A stretch of DNA of 36,899 nt. It comes from a virus (lineage: Duplodnaviria > Caudoviricetes). The notes under the pieces are model-generated. The model made no database searches. It was given only the letters and a program-made list of their open reading frames with translations, and was not told the origin of the DNA. Position numbers and translations under genes: made by a program. The stretch spans positions 1 through 36,899 of the IMG/VR virus record IMGVR_UViG_3300035396_000833. One strand, given 5' to 3'. Of the stretch, positions 24,756 through 34,561 are shown one piece after another. The stretch's first letter is position 1. Each line of letters begins with the position of its first letter.

Positions 24756-25343
24756 TTGAACACTTATCTATTTTTTGACACCGAAACAACCGGATTGCCA
24801 AAGGATTATAAAGCTCACTATTCGGATGTTGATAATTTTCCAAGACTGGTTCAGTTGGCTTGGATAATTTATCAGGAAGAGAAAGAAGTTTCATTCTCTG
24901 ATTTTTTGATTATTCCAGACGGCTTTGAAATACCGGAAGCGGCTAGTGAGATTCACGGTTTTAAAACCGACATTTGCAAACATTACGGCTATGATCTAAA
25001 AAAGGTTCTCAATAAATTCTGTTCTGATTTTGCCGTTTCCACACATCTAGTTGCTCATAATGCCAGTTTTGACAAAAACATCGTATCGTCTGAACTTTTT
25101 AGAGCCGGAGCAGAAAAGCACGCTAAGGCAATTTTTGATCAAAATACGGTTTGCACGATGATGAAGTCAATCAAACACTGTAATCTTCCCGGAAAGTACG
25201 GTCCTAAGTTTCCAAAACTCCAAGAACTTCACGAGAAATTATTTGGATGCGGCTTTGAAGATGCTCACAACGCTTTGAATGATATTCGGGCAACTGCAAA
25301 ATGCTTCTTTGAAATGAAAAAATTAAATTTAATCGGAGAATAG
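24756..25343 (+). CDS. DEDDh 3'-5' exonuclease (DnaQ-like)
   Basis: FFDTETTG, AHNASFD, AHNALND. Confidence 0.92.
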   Translation: MNTYLFFDTETTGLPKDYKAHYSDVDNFPRLVQLAWIIYQEEKEVSFSDFLIIPDGFEIPEAASEIHGFKTDICKHYGYDLKKVLNKFCSDFAVSTHLVAHNASFDKNIVSSELFRAGAEKHAKAIFDQNTVCTMMKSIKHCNLPGKYGPKFPKLQELHEKLFGCGFEDAHNALNDIRATAKCFFEMKKLNLIGE

Positions 25344-25345
25344 CC

Positions 25346-25801
25346 ATGACCGAGCAACAATACGAATTACCGGGCTTAGCACTTACGCCAACCGGACGGA
25401 TTAAAAAGCCAAAGGCAACCAGACCGCCAAAAGAATCAGACGAACAGACCATTTTGTTTAAATATCTCTGGGGAGTTAAACGACTTTCTTTGTGCTACTC
25501 AACTCAAAACGGTGTAAAAATCGGCGGTGATAGAAAGTTTGGGATTATTGCCCAGATGAAAAAGACCGGATTAAAAAAAGGTATTCCAGATATTTGCATC
25601 CCTTATGCCAGAGGCGGGTTTCATGGTTTGTACATCGAAATGAAACGGCAAAAAGGCGGTGTTATCTCTGATGATCAACATCAAATTGCCGAATGTTTAA
25701 GGGCGGAAGGTTATAAATCTGTTTTCTGCAAAGGTTTTGAGGATGCAAAAAAGGTTGTTGATGACTACTTTTTAAAACAACCGTCAGAAATGCCGTTTTA
25801 A
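25346..25801 (+). CDS. VRR-NUC nuclease (Holliday junction resolvase-like)
   Basis: E..EQ, G.KKGIPDI, LYIEMK, S..Q. Confidence 0.9.
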   Translation: MTEQQYELPGLALTPTGRIKKPKATRPPKESDEQTILFKYLWGVKRLSLCYSTQNGVKIGGDRKFGIIAQMKKTGLKKGIPDICIPYARGGFHGLYIEMKRQKGGVISDDQHQIAECLRAEGYKSVFCKGFEDAKKVVDDYFLKQPSEMPF

Positions 25802-25888
25802 GCGATCTAAATCGCTTGACGGTAAAATGTCGGGCGGTCTTTTGTTTTGCGAAATTTGAACAGCCAAAATAAGCGAGGGTTTGAAATT

Positions 25889-26002
25889 ATGGTGGATAAT
25901 CGAAAATATAATCTGTTAACATCGGTATTAGCGGTGGTATTGTTCGCTGTGGCGTTCTGGCTGACCGTTGCAATGATCGTAATTATTCTTTGTGGAGTGT
26001 GA
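25889..26002 (+). CDS. Small single-TM protein, 37 aa
   Basis: Hand translation MVDNRKYNLLTSVLAVVLFAVAFWLTVAMIVIILCGV; GAGG RBS. Confidence 0.45.
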   Translation: MVDNRKYNLLTSVLAVVLFAVAFWLTVAMIVIILCGV

Positions 26003-26003
26003 G

Positions 26004-26273
26004 GTGATAAATTCAACTCTTAAAAAAATAGATGCTTTACTAATGGGGCAATCTATGAAAGATGAGGTTAAAAAAATATTCATGGAATACGCGAATAGAA
26101 AACCGCTCTTAATCTTTGAAAATGTTTCAAGCAATATCATTTGCAGTCAAATTACCGGCAATCGGCAATTATTAGATTTAACGCTGAAAATAACGCCGGA
26201 AAATATTGAAGCGGTTAATATTGCCTATCGTAAATCTGGGAAAATTAGAGTAATAATTGAGGTGCAGCCATGA
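26004..26273 (+). CDS. Hypothetical protein
   Basis: ORF overlapping the next start (ATGA); start uncertain. Confidence 0.5.
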   Translation: MINSTLKKIDALLMGQSMKDEVKKIFMEYANRKPLLIFENVSSNIICSQITGNRQLLDLTLKITPENIEAVNIAYRKSGKIRVIIEVQP

Positions 26274-26569
26274 CCGAGCAACTCTCACTATTCCCAGATA
26301 TTCCACCGCCGGAAGAAAAGGAAGCGCGTCAAAAAATCCAAGTAGATCCCGATTTTTGGAAAAATCACCATTCCCCCAAAACCTTTGGCTCTTACATCGG
26401 ACAGGACGAAGACACTGTATGTGCCAAAATCGAGCGGGGAAAAATCAAGGCAATCAATCTTAATCCGGGTGGAGTTAAAGCCCGCTATGCCATACCAGTA
26501 AGCGAACTAGAAAAGTTTAAGCCGGAAGAGTACCGGGGAGTTTATAAACATTTGAGGGGCGAGGCGTAA
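26270..26569 (+). CDS. Excisionase-like HTH protein (possible late regulator)
   Basis: TV..KIE.GKIKAI......RY.IP.SEL.KF. Confidence 0.65.
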   Translation: MTEQLSLFPDIPPPEEKEARQKIQVDPDFWKNHHSPKTFGSYIGQDEDTVCAKIERGKIKAINLNPGGVKARYAIPVSELEKFKPEEYRGVYKHLRGEA

Positions 26570-26600
26570 TTCATTAACTCTGTCCGGATAAAAACAAATC

Positions 26601-26625
26601 GGGCGATCCACCGGATCGCCCCTAC
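26601..26625 (-). repeat. GTAG-type REP (GATCC subfamily)
   Basis: GGGCGATCC-ACC-GGATCGCCC-CTAC. Confidence 0.85.
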
Positions 26626-26679
26626 GGTTATTGTATGGACAATGTCAATACAAATAATAATTAAAAAAGAGGTTCCAAA

Positions 26680-26961
26680 ATGAAAAATCTACTACTAATC
26701 ACAATCGCAATCTGCTTAATCTCTTGCCAAAAAGTGCAGGAAATTCAGCAGGAATCACACAAAGCACAGATGAAAAACATTTACCAAGAAACGATTAATC
26801 AGCAGTTAAAACAATGGGATATTATCAGCCGAAACGGAACCGATGCCGAAAAATGGGTTCACGCCCAAGTTGTGGCTGGCTGTTATTTACAAGCCGGAGA
26901 CGAAGCTGGTTACAAGCAGTGGAGCGATAAGGCAAAAATATATGATCCAATGGGGAAATAG
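26680..26961 (+). CDS. Putative lipoprotein (moron-like)
   Basis: MKNLLLITIAICLIS-C lipobox-like signal; GAGG RBS; followed by its own terminator. Confidence 0.7.
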   Translation: MKNLLLITIAICLISCQKVQEIQQESHKAQMKNIYQETINQQLKQWDIISRNGTDAEKWVHAQVVAGCYLQAGDEAGYKQWSDKAKIYDPMGK

Positions 26962-26972
26962 TTTTTTCCGAT

Positions 26973-27012
26973 AAATCCGTACTGGCTTTGTGCTGGTACG
27001 GATTTTTTGTTT
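26973..27012 (+). terminator. Intrinsic terminator
   Basis: AAATCCGTACTGGC...GCTGGTACGGATTTTTT. Confidence 0.7.
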
Positions 27013-27022
27013 ATTACTGGCT

Positions 27023-27460
27023 ATGGTTAAAAAGAAAAACGATAAATTGACAGCTAAAATGATGCTGTTTTGTGAAGAATTGGCAAAAGGTAAAAGTCAG
27101 CGAGAGTCTTACAGTTTGGCGTATCCAAATTTAAAACGGTCTGATATTACAACCGACTCCAACGCGTCAGAAACCCTTAGAATCCCTAAGGTGTGGAACT
27201 ATTATCAAACTCTTTTAAAACAGTCAGCAGAAAAGGCACAAGTCACAAGAGATGAAATATTAAACAAATACAAAGAAATTTACAATAGTTCGCCTGATGG
27301 TATGATTATTAAAAATTCAGACCGCTTAAAAGCTCTTGAATTGACTGCTAAGATGCTCGGCTTTAACGAACCAGATAAACTCGACCTATCCAACAAAGAC
27401 GGCAGCCTAACGCCTACAATCAACTTTGTGATGAATGGAGTTATCAAAGATGCAGATTAA
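27023..27460 (+). CDS. terS: Terminase small subunit
   Basis: LT.K...FC.E......SY..AY; DRLKALEL..K.LG; overlaps terL. Confidence 0.85.
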   Translation: MVKKKNDKLTAKMMLFCEELAKGKSQRESYSLAYPNLKRSDITTDSNASETLRIPKVWNYYQTLLKQSAEKAQVTRDEILNKYKEIYNSSPDGMIIKNSDRLKALELTAKMLGFNEPDKLDLSNKDGSLTPTINFVMNGVIKDAD

Positions 27461-28781
27461 CACGGCTTTTAATCCGGCGTTCGCCAAGGTGTTAAACACT
27501 AAGGCACGGTTTAAATTCCTGTTTGGTGGGCGTGGTTCTGGCAAATCGTTTGCTGTTGGTGATGTGCTGATTGCCCGGTCTGTTGCCAAGTCGCTTAATA
27601 TCCTTTGTGCTCGGCAAATTCAGAGTTCTATCACTGATTCCGTGCAATCGTTATTAACCGCACGGGCTGAAAATATGCAACTGGCTGACAGTTTTAAACC
27701 GACTCAAGCGGAACTGGTGAACAGGTTCGGGAGTCGGTTTATTTTTAAGGGCTTGAAAGATCAGATGGCGCAGAACTCGGTTAAATCCATCTTTGATATT
27801 AATTATTGCTGGGTGGAGGAAGCGCAGGCGGTTACGCAGGATGCTCTTGATTTACTAATTCCGTCAGTTCGTGCTAAGGGTTCGGAGTTGATCTTTACTT
27901 ATAACCGCTTAGCTGATAACGATCCGGTGCACAAATTGTTTACAAGCCTTGCCGATTCTGAAAAGAAAAAGGTTTTTGAAACTGATTCCGGTTGCTTCAC
28001 CTGGACAGAGTATTCCGGCAATAACATGGCTGGTGTGTTTGTTAACTTTGATGGCAATGTATTTTTCCCTGAAGAACTGGAATTCGACCGCAATCATTGT
28101 TTGGAGAAATTCCCGGATGATTACGGACATATCTGGCTTGGTCAGCCGTTAAGTAAAGAGCTGAACACGATTATCAGCAGGGTTTTAATTGCCGAAGCGA
28201 TGAGCCGTAAGGTGTCAGATGACGGGCAGGTGCAAATCGGGTGCGATGTGGCACGATATGGCGATGACAAAACCGTGGTTACTAAGCGCAAGGGTTTGAA
28301 AGTTTTTCCGCAAAAGGAATATTCTAAATTATCAGTGCCAGAGGTTGCCCGTTATTGCATGGAAGCCGGTGATTTTGATAAATCTATTCTGATCAAGGTT
28401 GATGATTCCGGTGTTGGTGGTGGTGTTACTGATATTCTGAAAGAAAACGGCTACAATGCCGCCGGTGTAAATAATGCACAAGTTGCCAAAGAACAAGATC
28501 GCTATCCTAACGCAATATCTGAAATGTGGTTTGAGTGCCGTGAGTTGATGAGCCAATTAGAATTGCCGAATGATACCGCCCTGAAAGATGAACTGGCTGG
28601 CAGGCGATATGGTTTGGATGCCAAAGCAAGGCGATTTGTTGAGAAGAAAGATGATTATAAAAAACGCTATGGCAAGTCGCCAGATAGAGCGGATAGTTTG
28701 CTTTTGTGTTTGTATCAGCCGGAAATAAAAGCCGCCCCAGTATTCCAAAAACTAAACATTAACATAAAAGCATGGAAGTGA
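27450..28781 (+). CDS. terL: Terminase large subunit (PBSX-like)
   Basis: GGRGSGKS, WVEEAQ, IGCDVARYGDD, SPDRAD. Confidence 0.95.
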   Translation: MQINTAFNPAFAKVLNTKARFKFLFGGRGSGKSFAVGDVLIARSVAKSLNILCARQIQSSITDSVQSLLTARAENMQLADSFKPTQAELVNRFGSRFIFKGLKDQMAQNSVKSIFDINYCWVEEAQAVTQDALDLLIPSVRAKGSELIFTYNRLADNDPVHKLFTSLADSEKKKVFETDSGCFTWTEYSGNNMAGVFVNFDGNVFFPEELEFDRNHCLEKFPDDYGHIWLGQPLSKELNTIISRVLIAEAMSRKVSDDGQVQIGCDVARYGDDKTVVTKRKGLKVFPQKEYSKLSVPEVARYCMEAGDFDKSILIKVDDSGVGGGVTDILKENGYNAAGVNNAQVAKEQDRYPNAISEMWFECRELMSQLELPNDTALKDELAGRRYGLDAKARRFVEKKDDYKKRYGKSPDRADSLLLCLYQPEIKAAPVFQKLNINIKAWK

Positions 28782-28785
28782 CAAT

Positions 28786-29964
28786 ATGAATAAAACAAAC
28801 AGAGCCGTCCGCTTTTACTACGAAAAGAGCGAAAACATTTATGATGCGTCTTATACCGCTGAATACGGGCTTGACGAGAAGATTAAGCCAATCCATAACC
28901 CGATCAAGCCAGCTGTGCAAACACTGTGCTCTTTGAGCTTACAGCAGGTTATTGAGCATAATGCAGCAGACAGGCAGAAGGTTGCTGTTGATGATCTTTG
29001 GAAAAACAGTGGTATTCAGACGGTTAAATACCAGTTAATGATTGATCTGCTGTTGTATCGGTACGCCGCTGTTTGGATCAATAAAGATAATCTGATTACC
29101 CGGCTGAATCCATCAACTGTTACTTACGAAAAAGAAGCTGAAAAACTTCTGAAAGTTGCCATTACCGGAGAGCGCAAAGAGTTTGTGAATGGTGTTTTGA
29201 AAGTAGTTCCGGTTAAGCGGGTTTATTACCAGGAGGGGAATAATTGTTTTGTTATTGATAATGACGAAAAGCCGCTGCCGATTATTGGTGATGTTATGCC
29301 CGTTACGATTATTGAGACCGGCTATGATTTAGAGCACCTGCTTGACATTACTGATGACATCAACGAAAAGCGGGCTTGGTTGCGCAATATTTACAAGATG
29401 CACGGTAATGCTATTTTGAATTTACAGCAAGGCGGAAAGCCTGCCACCGGTGACATCGAGGTGAACAATGGTTATAACTTCTTTCAGTCCGAGGGTGTTT
29501 TAAAGTATGTAGAGATGCAGGGGAATGTTGCACAGCAGATTTCCAATGATATAAATGTTCTGAAAGAAGATCAAGCGGTGGAGTATCCTGAATCTGCTCT
29601 AAGCCGTGTTTTAACTGGCAGCAACATTTCGGAGAATACTTCCAAAATCCGTTTTGCTGATTTGGAAAGCAAAGTGAACCGGTTGCGTGGTGAGCTTTCT
29701 GGTGGATTGGTGGAGATCACAAATAAAGCACTGACAATGGCCGGCAAGGGCAGCGTTGACAACCTAGCTATTAAGTTTGAGGATATATTCCCTAAGCAAA
29801 ACAATTATGATGATGAAACGAAAATTGCAGACTTAGCCGTTAAATACAAAGAGCTGAGCAATCAGAAGCTTTGGAACGAATATCGGGCAAGGGTTGATCT
29901 GCCGCTATTTGATGATGGCGATGATGCTAATGGTTCTGAATGGCAGGATTTTGTTAATAATTAG
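28786..29964 (+). CDS. Portal protein
   Basis: 392 aa between terL and MuF; I.F.DIFP motif. Confidence 0.75.
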   Translation: MNKTNRAVRFYYEKSENIYDASYTAEYGLDEKIKPIHNPIKPAVQTLCSLSLQQVIEHNAADRQKVAVDDLWKNSGIQTVKYQLMIDLLLYRYAAVWINKDNLITRLNPSTVTYEKEAEKLLKVAITGERKEFVNGVLKVVPVKRVYYQEGNNCFVIDNDEKPLPIIGDVMPVTIIETGYDLEHLLDITDDINEKRAWLRNIYKMHGNAILNLQQGGKPATGDIEVNNGYNFFQSEGVLKYVEMQGNVAQQISNDINVLKEDQAVEYPESALSRVLTGSNISENTSKIRFADLESKVNRLRGELSGGLVEITNKALTMAGKGSVDNLAIKFEDIFPKQNNYDDETKIADLAVKYKELSNQKLWNEYRARVDLPLFDDGDDANGSEWQDFVNN

Positions 29965-29988
29965 AAATAGTTGGGTATGATGTGTGCG

Positions 29989-30008
29989 CAAGGGGTAGCT
30001 ACCCCTTG
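29989..30008. repeat. CAAGGGG palindrome
   Basis: CAAGGGGTAGCTACCCCTTG, a perfect palindrome; variant of the 22138 and 35229 copies. Confidence 0.8.
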
Positions 30009-30031
30009 TTCAGAAACGGAGTTGAGGAGTT

Positions 30032-31843
30032 ATGGCAGATCAAATTGATACATACGCAATTGAGTTTAATAAATCAGTGTTAAAAGGTTTGAAACTTTCT
30101 ATTGCTGATATTTATAAACAGCTGGTTAAGCATGGCAGGGGTGGAACTAATGCCGGGCAAATCCTTAAGCATCGTATTGATAGAGTTGCTATGACTGAAC
30201 TTTGTCCGCAAGTATTCAAAGCAATTACAGAGCAGTACGAAATGATGAAACGACCGGACGCTTCAATGATGAAAAACGGTGTCCGGTATGATCAATTTAA
30301 CTGGGATATTAAAGACACGGAAACCTTAGACATCTTGCGCAAGAACAATGTTTTTCTGACTTCTAAATACTACAATCGTCTGGAGGCGGGCAAGGTTCGG
30401 GAACGGATTGAGAAAGCTTTCACGGAGGGTAAAAGTCCGGCTAGTATCGCCAACGCTCTACGGTTTGAGTTTGGCGATCTGAATAAGGGCTTGCGGGCTT
30501 ATAACGAAATGTTTGTTGATACGATTAGCCATACTGCTAGGAATTTTGCCAATATTAATACTTATCAGCAGATTGGGGTTGAGTATAGTAAGATTGTAGG
30601 CTTTAAGGATGAATTAACCTGTCCGCAGTGTTCACGGTTGATTGGACGGATTGTATCGGTAGAAACGCAGGCAAAGGCGGTCAATGATTATCTATCCGTG
30701 GACTTTGAGAAACTTGGTTATGATAAAGCTCTTGAGCAGATTAAAACGGTTAATCCTTGGTGGACTGAAAAGGGATTGATTGGTGCGGGATTTGAGAAGC
30801 CGAATTATAAGAGTGATGCTGAGAATATTCGTGAGACTGCTAAGTTGATTCAGCCGGGGTTGGAGTTGCCGATTTTTCATGGTAGGTGCAGGTGTTCTAC
30901 TGCTGCATATTTTGGAAATAAGGGAAGTTTGCCGTTGGTTTCGGGCGGCGGCGGTGGTATATTACCAGTTAAGCCGGTAGTTGCTAAGCCGGTTAAACCA
31001 GTGACAAAGCCAGCAGTGCCGACTAAAATAAAACCATTGATAAAACCAGCTCCAGACGATTCTATCATTGATATTACGGGGAGTAAACCGTTTGATTTGA
31101 AGATTCAAGCCTTATCAAACAAACTAAAAGCAGCCAAAACCGCAAAAGATGTTGAAGATTTATACAAACAACAATTAGGGTTAATAAATTGTAATTTGTC
31201 AGGCATTGATTTAAACCTTGCAAAGTTAAATTTATTAAAGCTTGATGAGTTGGTAAAGTCCTATAAATGCGATTTGGCAAACATAGAGAGTATTATTAAC
31301 GATAGTGTTTTTGGTCATTATGATCCAAGAACAGAAACGATTGGCTTAAATGCTAATTCATTCAGCGACTTGAGAGTTTACAGGAAAAGCCGTATAAGGG
31401 AAGCCGGGAGTGGAAATAAAGTAAAAGTTGATGATAAAAACAGAATACTCTCAACTACTGTTCACGAATTAGCACATAGCATTGTTTTAGAAAATAAAGC
31501 ATCTTTAAATTACGCTAATGAAGTTTGGAATCCAGTTAGAGAAATAAGACAGGCGTATATTGATGAGGTTGATAAACATTTAAAGGCGTTTTGGAAAAGC
31601 AAAGGATATACAGAAAAAGGTGTTAGATATTCGGGTAAAAAGGCTAGAATAGAACCTGGTGCGTATGATTATGTTCGCCAGCAAATGGGCAATAATTTTA
31701 TCAGTAAATACGGTGAAGATGGAGCGGGTAAAAATATGTGGTCAGAATTTGTTGCAGAATCTTTTACCAAAGCCAAACTTGGAACGCCCGGGAAATACGA
31801 TGGCCAGGTATTAACAATAATTGATAAATATTTTAAAAAGTGA
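30032..31843 (+). CDS. MuF (SPP1 gp7-like) minor head protein with C-terminal zincin-like metallopeptidase domain
   Basis: D..TCPQC..L.G and P.FHGRCRC MuF motifs; Pro/Lys linker; HELAH and EFVAESF. Confidence 0.85.
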   Translation: MADQIDTYAIEFNKSVLKGLKLSIADIYKQLVKHGRGGTNAGQILKHRIDRVAMTELCPQVFKAITEQYEMMKRPDASMMKNGVRYDQFNWDIKDTETLDILRKNNVFLTSKYYNRLEAGKVRERIEKAFTEGKSPASIANALRFEFGDLNKGLRAYNEMFVDTISHTARNFANINTYQQIGVEYSKIVGFKDELTCPQCSRLIGRIVSVETQAKAVNDYLSVDFEKLGYDKALEQIKTVNPWWTEKGLIGAGFEKPNYKSDAENIRETAKLIQPGLELPIFHGRCRCSTAAYFGNKGSLPLVSGGGGGILPVKPVVAKPVKPVTKPAVPTKIKPLIKPAPDDSIIDITGSKPFDLKIQALSNKLKAAKTAKDVEDLYKQQLGLINCNLSGIDLNLAKLNLLKLDELVKSYKCDLANIESIINDSVFGHYDPRTETIGLNANSFSDLRVYRKSRIREAGSGNKVKVDDKNRILSTTVHELAHSIVLENKASLNYANEVWNPVREIRQAYIDEVDKHLKAFWKSKGYTEKGVRYSGKKARIEPGAYDYVRQQMGNNFISKYGEDGAGKNMWSEFVAESFTKAKLGTPGKYDGQVLTIIDKYFKK

Positions 31844-31851
31844 GGTATATT

Positions 31852-32067
31852 ATGACAGACCCAATGATGCCAAGAAGTTGCGGATTTTGCAAACATTATA
31901 AAAGCAAAGTTGACAAAGTAAAAAAAGAACTAATTGGTTATTGTATAGCTTTTCCAGATGAAATTCCGGCAAAATATGAAGATAATTATTTTGAGCATAC
32001 AGAAGTTTTGCCAGAGCAAACCGGTGATTATGTATTTGAGCCAAGAGATTATTCAAAAAATAAATAA
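31852..32067 (+). CDS. Small Cys/His protein, candidate immunity partner of the MuF C-terminus
   Basis: CxxCKH...C.AFP..IP......H.....Q.GD.VFE; directly downstream of MuF. Confidence 0.65.
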   Translation: MTDPMMPRSCGFCKHYKSKVDKVKKELIGYCIAFPDEIPAKYEDNYFEHTEVLPEQTGDYVFEPRDYSKNK

Positions 32068-32125
32068 CCGAAAACAAAAAGTTAAATAAAACTCTTTTCA
32101 TCGCCAAATGACAAGACACAACCGC

Positions 32126-32179
32126 AAGCTCCGAAAGTTCGGGCGTAAGCATTACGCACCTACGATTGGGGCTTTTTTT
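32126..32179 (+). terminator. Terminator hairpin with a REP (32141-32163) in its loop
   Basis: AAGCTCCGA...[GGGCGTAAGCATTACGCACCTAC]...TTGGGGCTTTTTTT. Confidence 0.6.
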
Positions 32180-32270
32180 GTTGCCTAAAATCCGAGCTTT
32201 CCGCCCTTGCTTTTATATCTGATAATCTGATTGTATATAGCCTAGATTGTTAATTAAAAACGAGGGAAAT

Positions 32271-32630
32271 ATGGCTGGTTATGATTGTTTGGAGATGGCG
32301 GAATATAACGACTTTGTTGTTACGCAAGGGCAGAAATTTTGCTTTAGCACTTATTTGCGGAAAAATGGTGCAGTTATTCCGCTTACCGGATTGAAAGCGA
32401 GAATGACGGTTGCCTATAAAGATACTGCTGAAATTGGTTTGAATCTGACTACTGAAAACGGCGGAATTACGATTGTTGATGGCAAGCTTAATATTGTTGC
32501 CAACTCCGTGGCGACTAAGCTTTTAAAGGTTAATCCTGCGGTGTATGAATTAGAGCTGATTGATAGCACTGATGAGGTGATCGGTTATTTGGGCGGAAAC
32601 ATCAAGATTAAGCGGGGGATTATTCAATGA
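32271..32630 (+). CDS. Putative fibre-anchoring structural protein (BppU N-terminal-like)
   Basis: QG..F......LTG..ARM.V....LTTENGGI....YELEL......L.G. Confidence 0.6.
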   Translation: MAGYDCLEMAEYNDFVVTQGQKFCFSTYLRKNGAVIPLTGLKARMTVAYKDTAEIGLNLTTENGGITIVDGKLNIVANSVATKLLKVNPAVYELELIDSTDEVIGYLGGNIKIKRGIIQ

Positions 32631-33403
32631 GTGAAGTTGTGATTGAAAAAGATGGCAAAGAAATTTTGATTGAAAAGAATATTATTATCAATCAGATTAC
32701 TGGCGGCGGTGATCAAGTACAGTCTGATTGGAATCAATCATTAATCGCAGCCGTCGATTACATCAAGAACAAGCCTGTTATTCCAGCGGCACAACTCCAA
32801 GCCGATTGGAATCAATCATTAATCACAGCCGTCGATTTGATCAAGAACAAGCCTGTTATTCCTTTAAGTCTTGTTGAATTAAATGATGACGCGGATCATA
32901 GAACTGTAACTGATGATGAAAAGACTGCTTGGAACGGCAAATATATAAATGGAAATAATCTTTTAATCAGTGGAACTAACACCATTATGTTTGATGGTGA
33001 TAATGAAATATTTAGAAATGGAGACGGTGCTCTAATTTTTAGTTCATCTGCTAGTAGTTTCACTGGAAGTATTTCAGCTAGTAATTTAAGTGGAACTAAT
33101 ACTGGCGATCAAGATTTATCTAATCTTGTTATTAAAGAAGCTGGTAAAGGTTTATCGTCAAATGATTTTAAAAATGATGATAAGAATAAGCTTGACGGTA
33201 TTGAAAGCGGTGCGCAGGTTAATGTAGTTCCGACTTGGAATAGCGTAACCGATAAACCGGAAACATTTCCGCCTGCGGATCACAATCATGCCGGAATGGT
33301 TGTTAGTTCTACAATTACCAGTATCGTAACACTAACACAAACCACTTATGATGCCATACCAATCAAAGACCCGAATGTCATGTATGTAATTACAGGGGTT
33401 TAA
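32627..33403 (+). CDS. Fibre protein
   Basis: QSDWNQ..IKNKP repeats; SGTNTGDQDLS, GKGLSSNDF...KLDGIE.GAQVN, KP.TFPP..H.H, LTQ..YDA...KDP. Confidence 0.75.
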   Translation: MSEVVIEKDGKEILIEKNIIINQITGGGDQVQSDWNQSLIAAVDYIKNKPVIPAAQLQADWNQSLITAVDLIKNKPVIPLSLVELNDDADHRTVTDDEKTAWNGKYINGNNLLISGTNTIMFDGDNEIFRNGDGALIFSSSASSFTGSISASNLSGTNTGDQDLSNLVIKEAGKGLSSNDFKNDDKNKLDGIESGAQVNVVPTWNSVTDKPETFPPADHNHAGMVVSSTITSIVTLTQTTYDAIPIKDPNVMYVITGV

Positions 33404-33404
33404 G

Positions 33405-34316
33405 ATGTTATTTGGTGATAATATTTATATTGGCGGTACTGCTGTTGATAAAATCTATCTGGGCGATACAGAGGTTTGGTCTGCTATTCCTGCCGATGTA
33501 AAGGCGCACATTGCTAGAGTGCTCGCGGATGGAGGAACTGTGCCGGAACAAGTAAAAATGGTTTCGATGGTTAAACAGTTGATGGCTGCTAATCTGTGGA
33601 ATAATTGTGTATTTTTTGGTTTACCTTTGGGCGGTGTGAAGAAAGATGGCAATCAGTTTGTTTCAAAGGTTTACGATTTAAAAAATAACGCCGATTTAGT
33701 ACAAGCAACAGGAACGCGTCAACCAACATATTATAACGACGGAAGTTTATTGTTTGATGGTGGCGACTGTATGTTATCAGCAACACTTGGTGTAGCAAAC
33801 CCTATAAGAACGATAACAACAAATATGAGCGTTAGTTTGTGGATAGATATAAAATCAGCTACATATGACCAAGCGATTTTTGATAGATGGGGAACTGGTT
33901 CTAGTGCTAATTCAAATTGGTTAATCTATATTCAAGCTAGTGGATTATTGAGAGTATATATCACCGGTATATCAACGGCTGCTAAAATATTTGCAACAAC
34001 CGTATCTATGGTTAATAGAGGTTTAACACACTTCACATTTACCTACAATGGCAATGCTATGGATGGCAGTGTAAATGGTATGTTGAAATTATATATCAAC
34101 GGTGTCGAACACTCTCCAACTAAAGTTACAAGTCTTAATAGTACTACATTATATTCAAATGATAAGCAATTACAGATAAGTGGATTTAACGCATCCACAG
34201 TTAATAACTTAATTAAAAATAGTGGATATGTAGTATTACCAATGGTATTTAATTCAACATTAACAGATGCTCAAGTGTTATGGAATTATAATAATATCAG
34301 ACCGGAGGGCGTATAA
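33405..34316 (+). CDS. LamG/concanavalin-like receptor-binding protein
   Basis: IYIG...V.KIYLG...VW N-terminus; FDGGD, SVSLW, HFTFTY, KLYINGV. Confidence 0.8.
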   Translation: MLFGDNIYIGGTAVDKIYLGDTEVWSAIPADVKAHIARVLADGGTVPEQVKMVSMVKQLMAANLWNNCVFFGLPLGGVKKDGNQFVSKVYDLKNNADLVQATGTRQPTYYNDGSLLFDGGDCMLSATLGVANPIRTITTNMSVSLWIDIKSATYDQAIFDRWGTGSSANSNWLIYIQASGLLRVYITGISTAAKIFATTVSMVNRGLTHFTFTYNGNAMDGSVNGMLKLYINGVEHSPTKVTSLNSTTLYSNDKQLQISGFNASTVNNLIKNSGYVVLPMVFNSTLTDAQVLWNYNNIRPEGV

Positions 34317-34561
34317 TGTACGCAATAGTTAAAACAATAGATGAAGCAGAATTGCTAAATACTTATATCAAGAATTGGTATTATAAAGATATTCCTAATG
34401 CCTGTTTTGACAAGTGGTCTGATATAATCGAGGTAGATAATGGCTATGCTTTGCAGATTATGCCAGAGTGGAAGGATTATACTGTTCCTGAATTTGTTGT
34501 GAACGGAATTGAATTTGTTGATGAAATTGAAGATAAGGAGAAACAAGATTGGACAATATAG
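34316..34561 (+). CDS. Small acidic protein, possible fibre chaperone
   Basis: Coupled to the LamG gene (TAATG). Confidence 0.55.
   Translation: MYAIVKTIDEAELLNTYIKNWYYKDIPNACFDKWSDIIEVDNGYALQIMPEWKDYTVPEFVVNGIEFVDEIEDKEKQDWTI

Noticed and set aside
32726-32862. Near-identical 59-bp repeats in the fibre gene as a DGR template/variable pair
   Set aside because: They are in-frame tandem protein repeats with a 78-bp period, and no reverse transcriptase is encoded.
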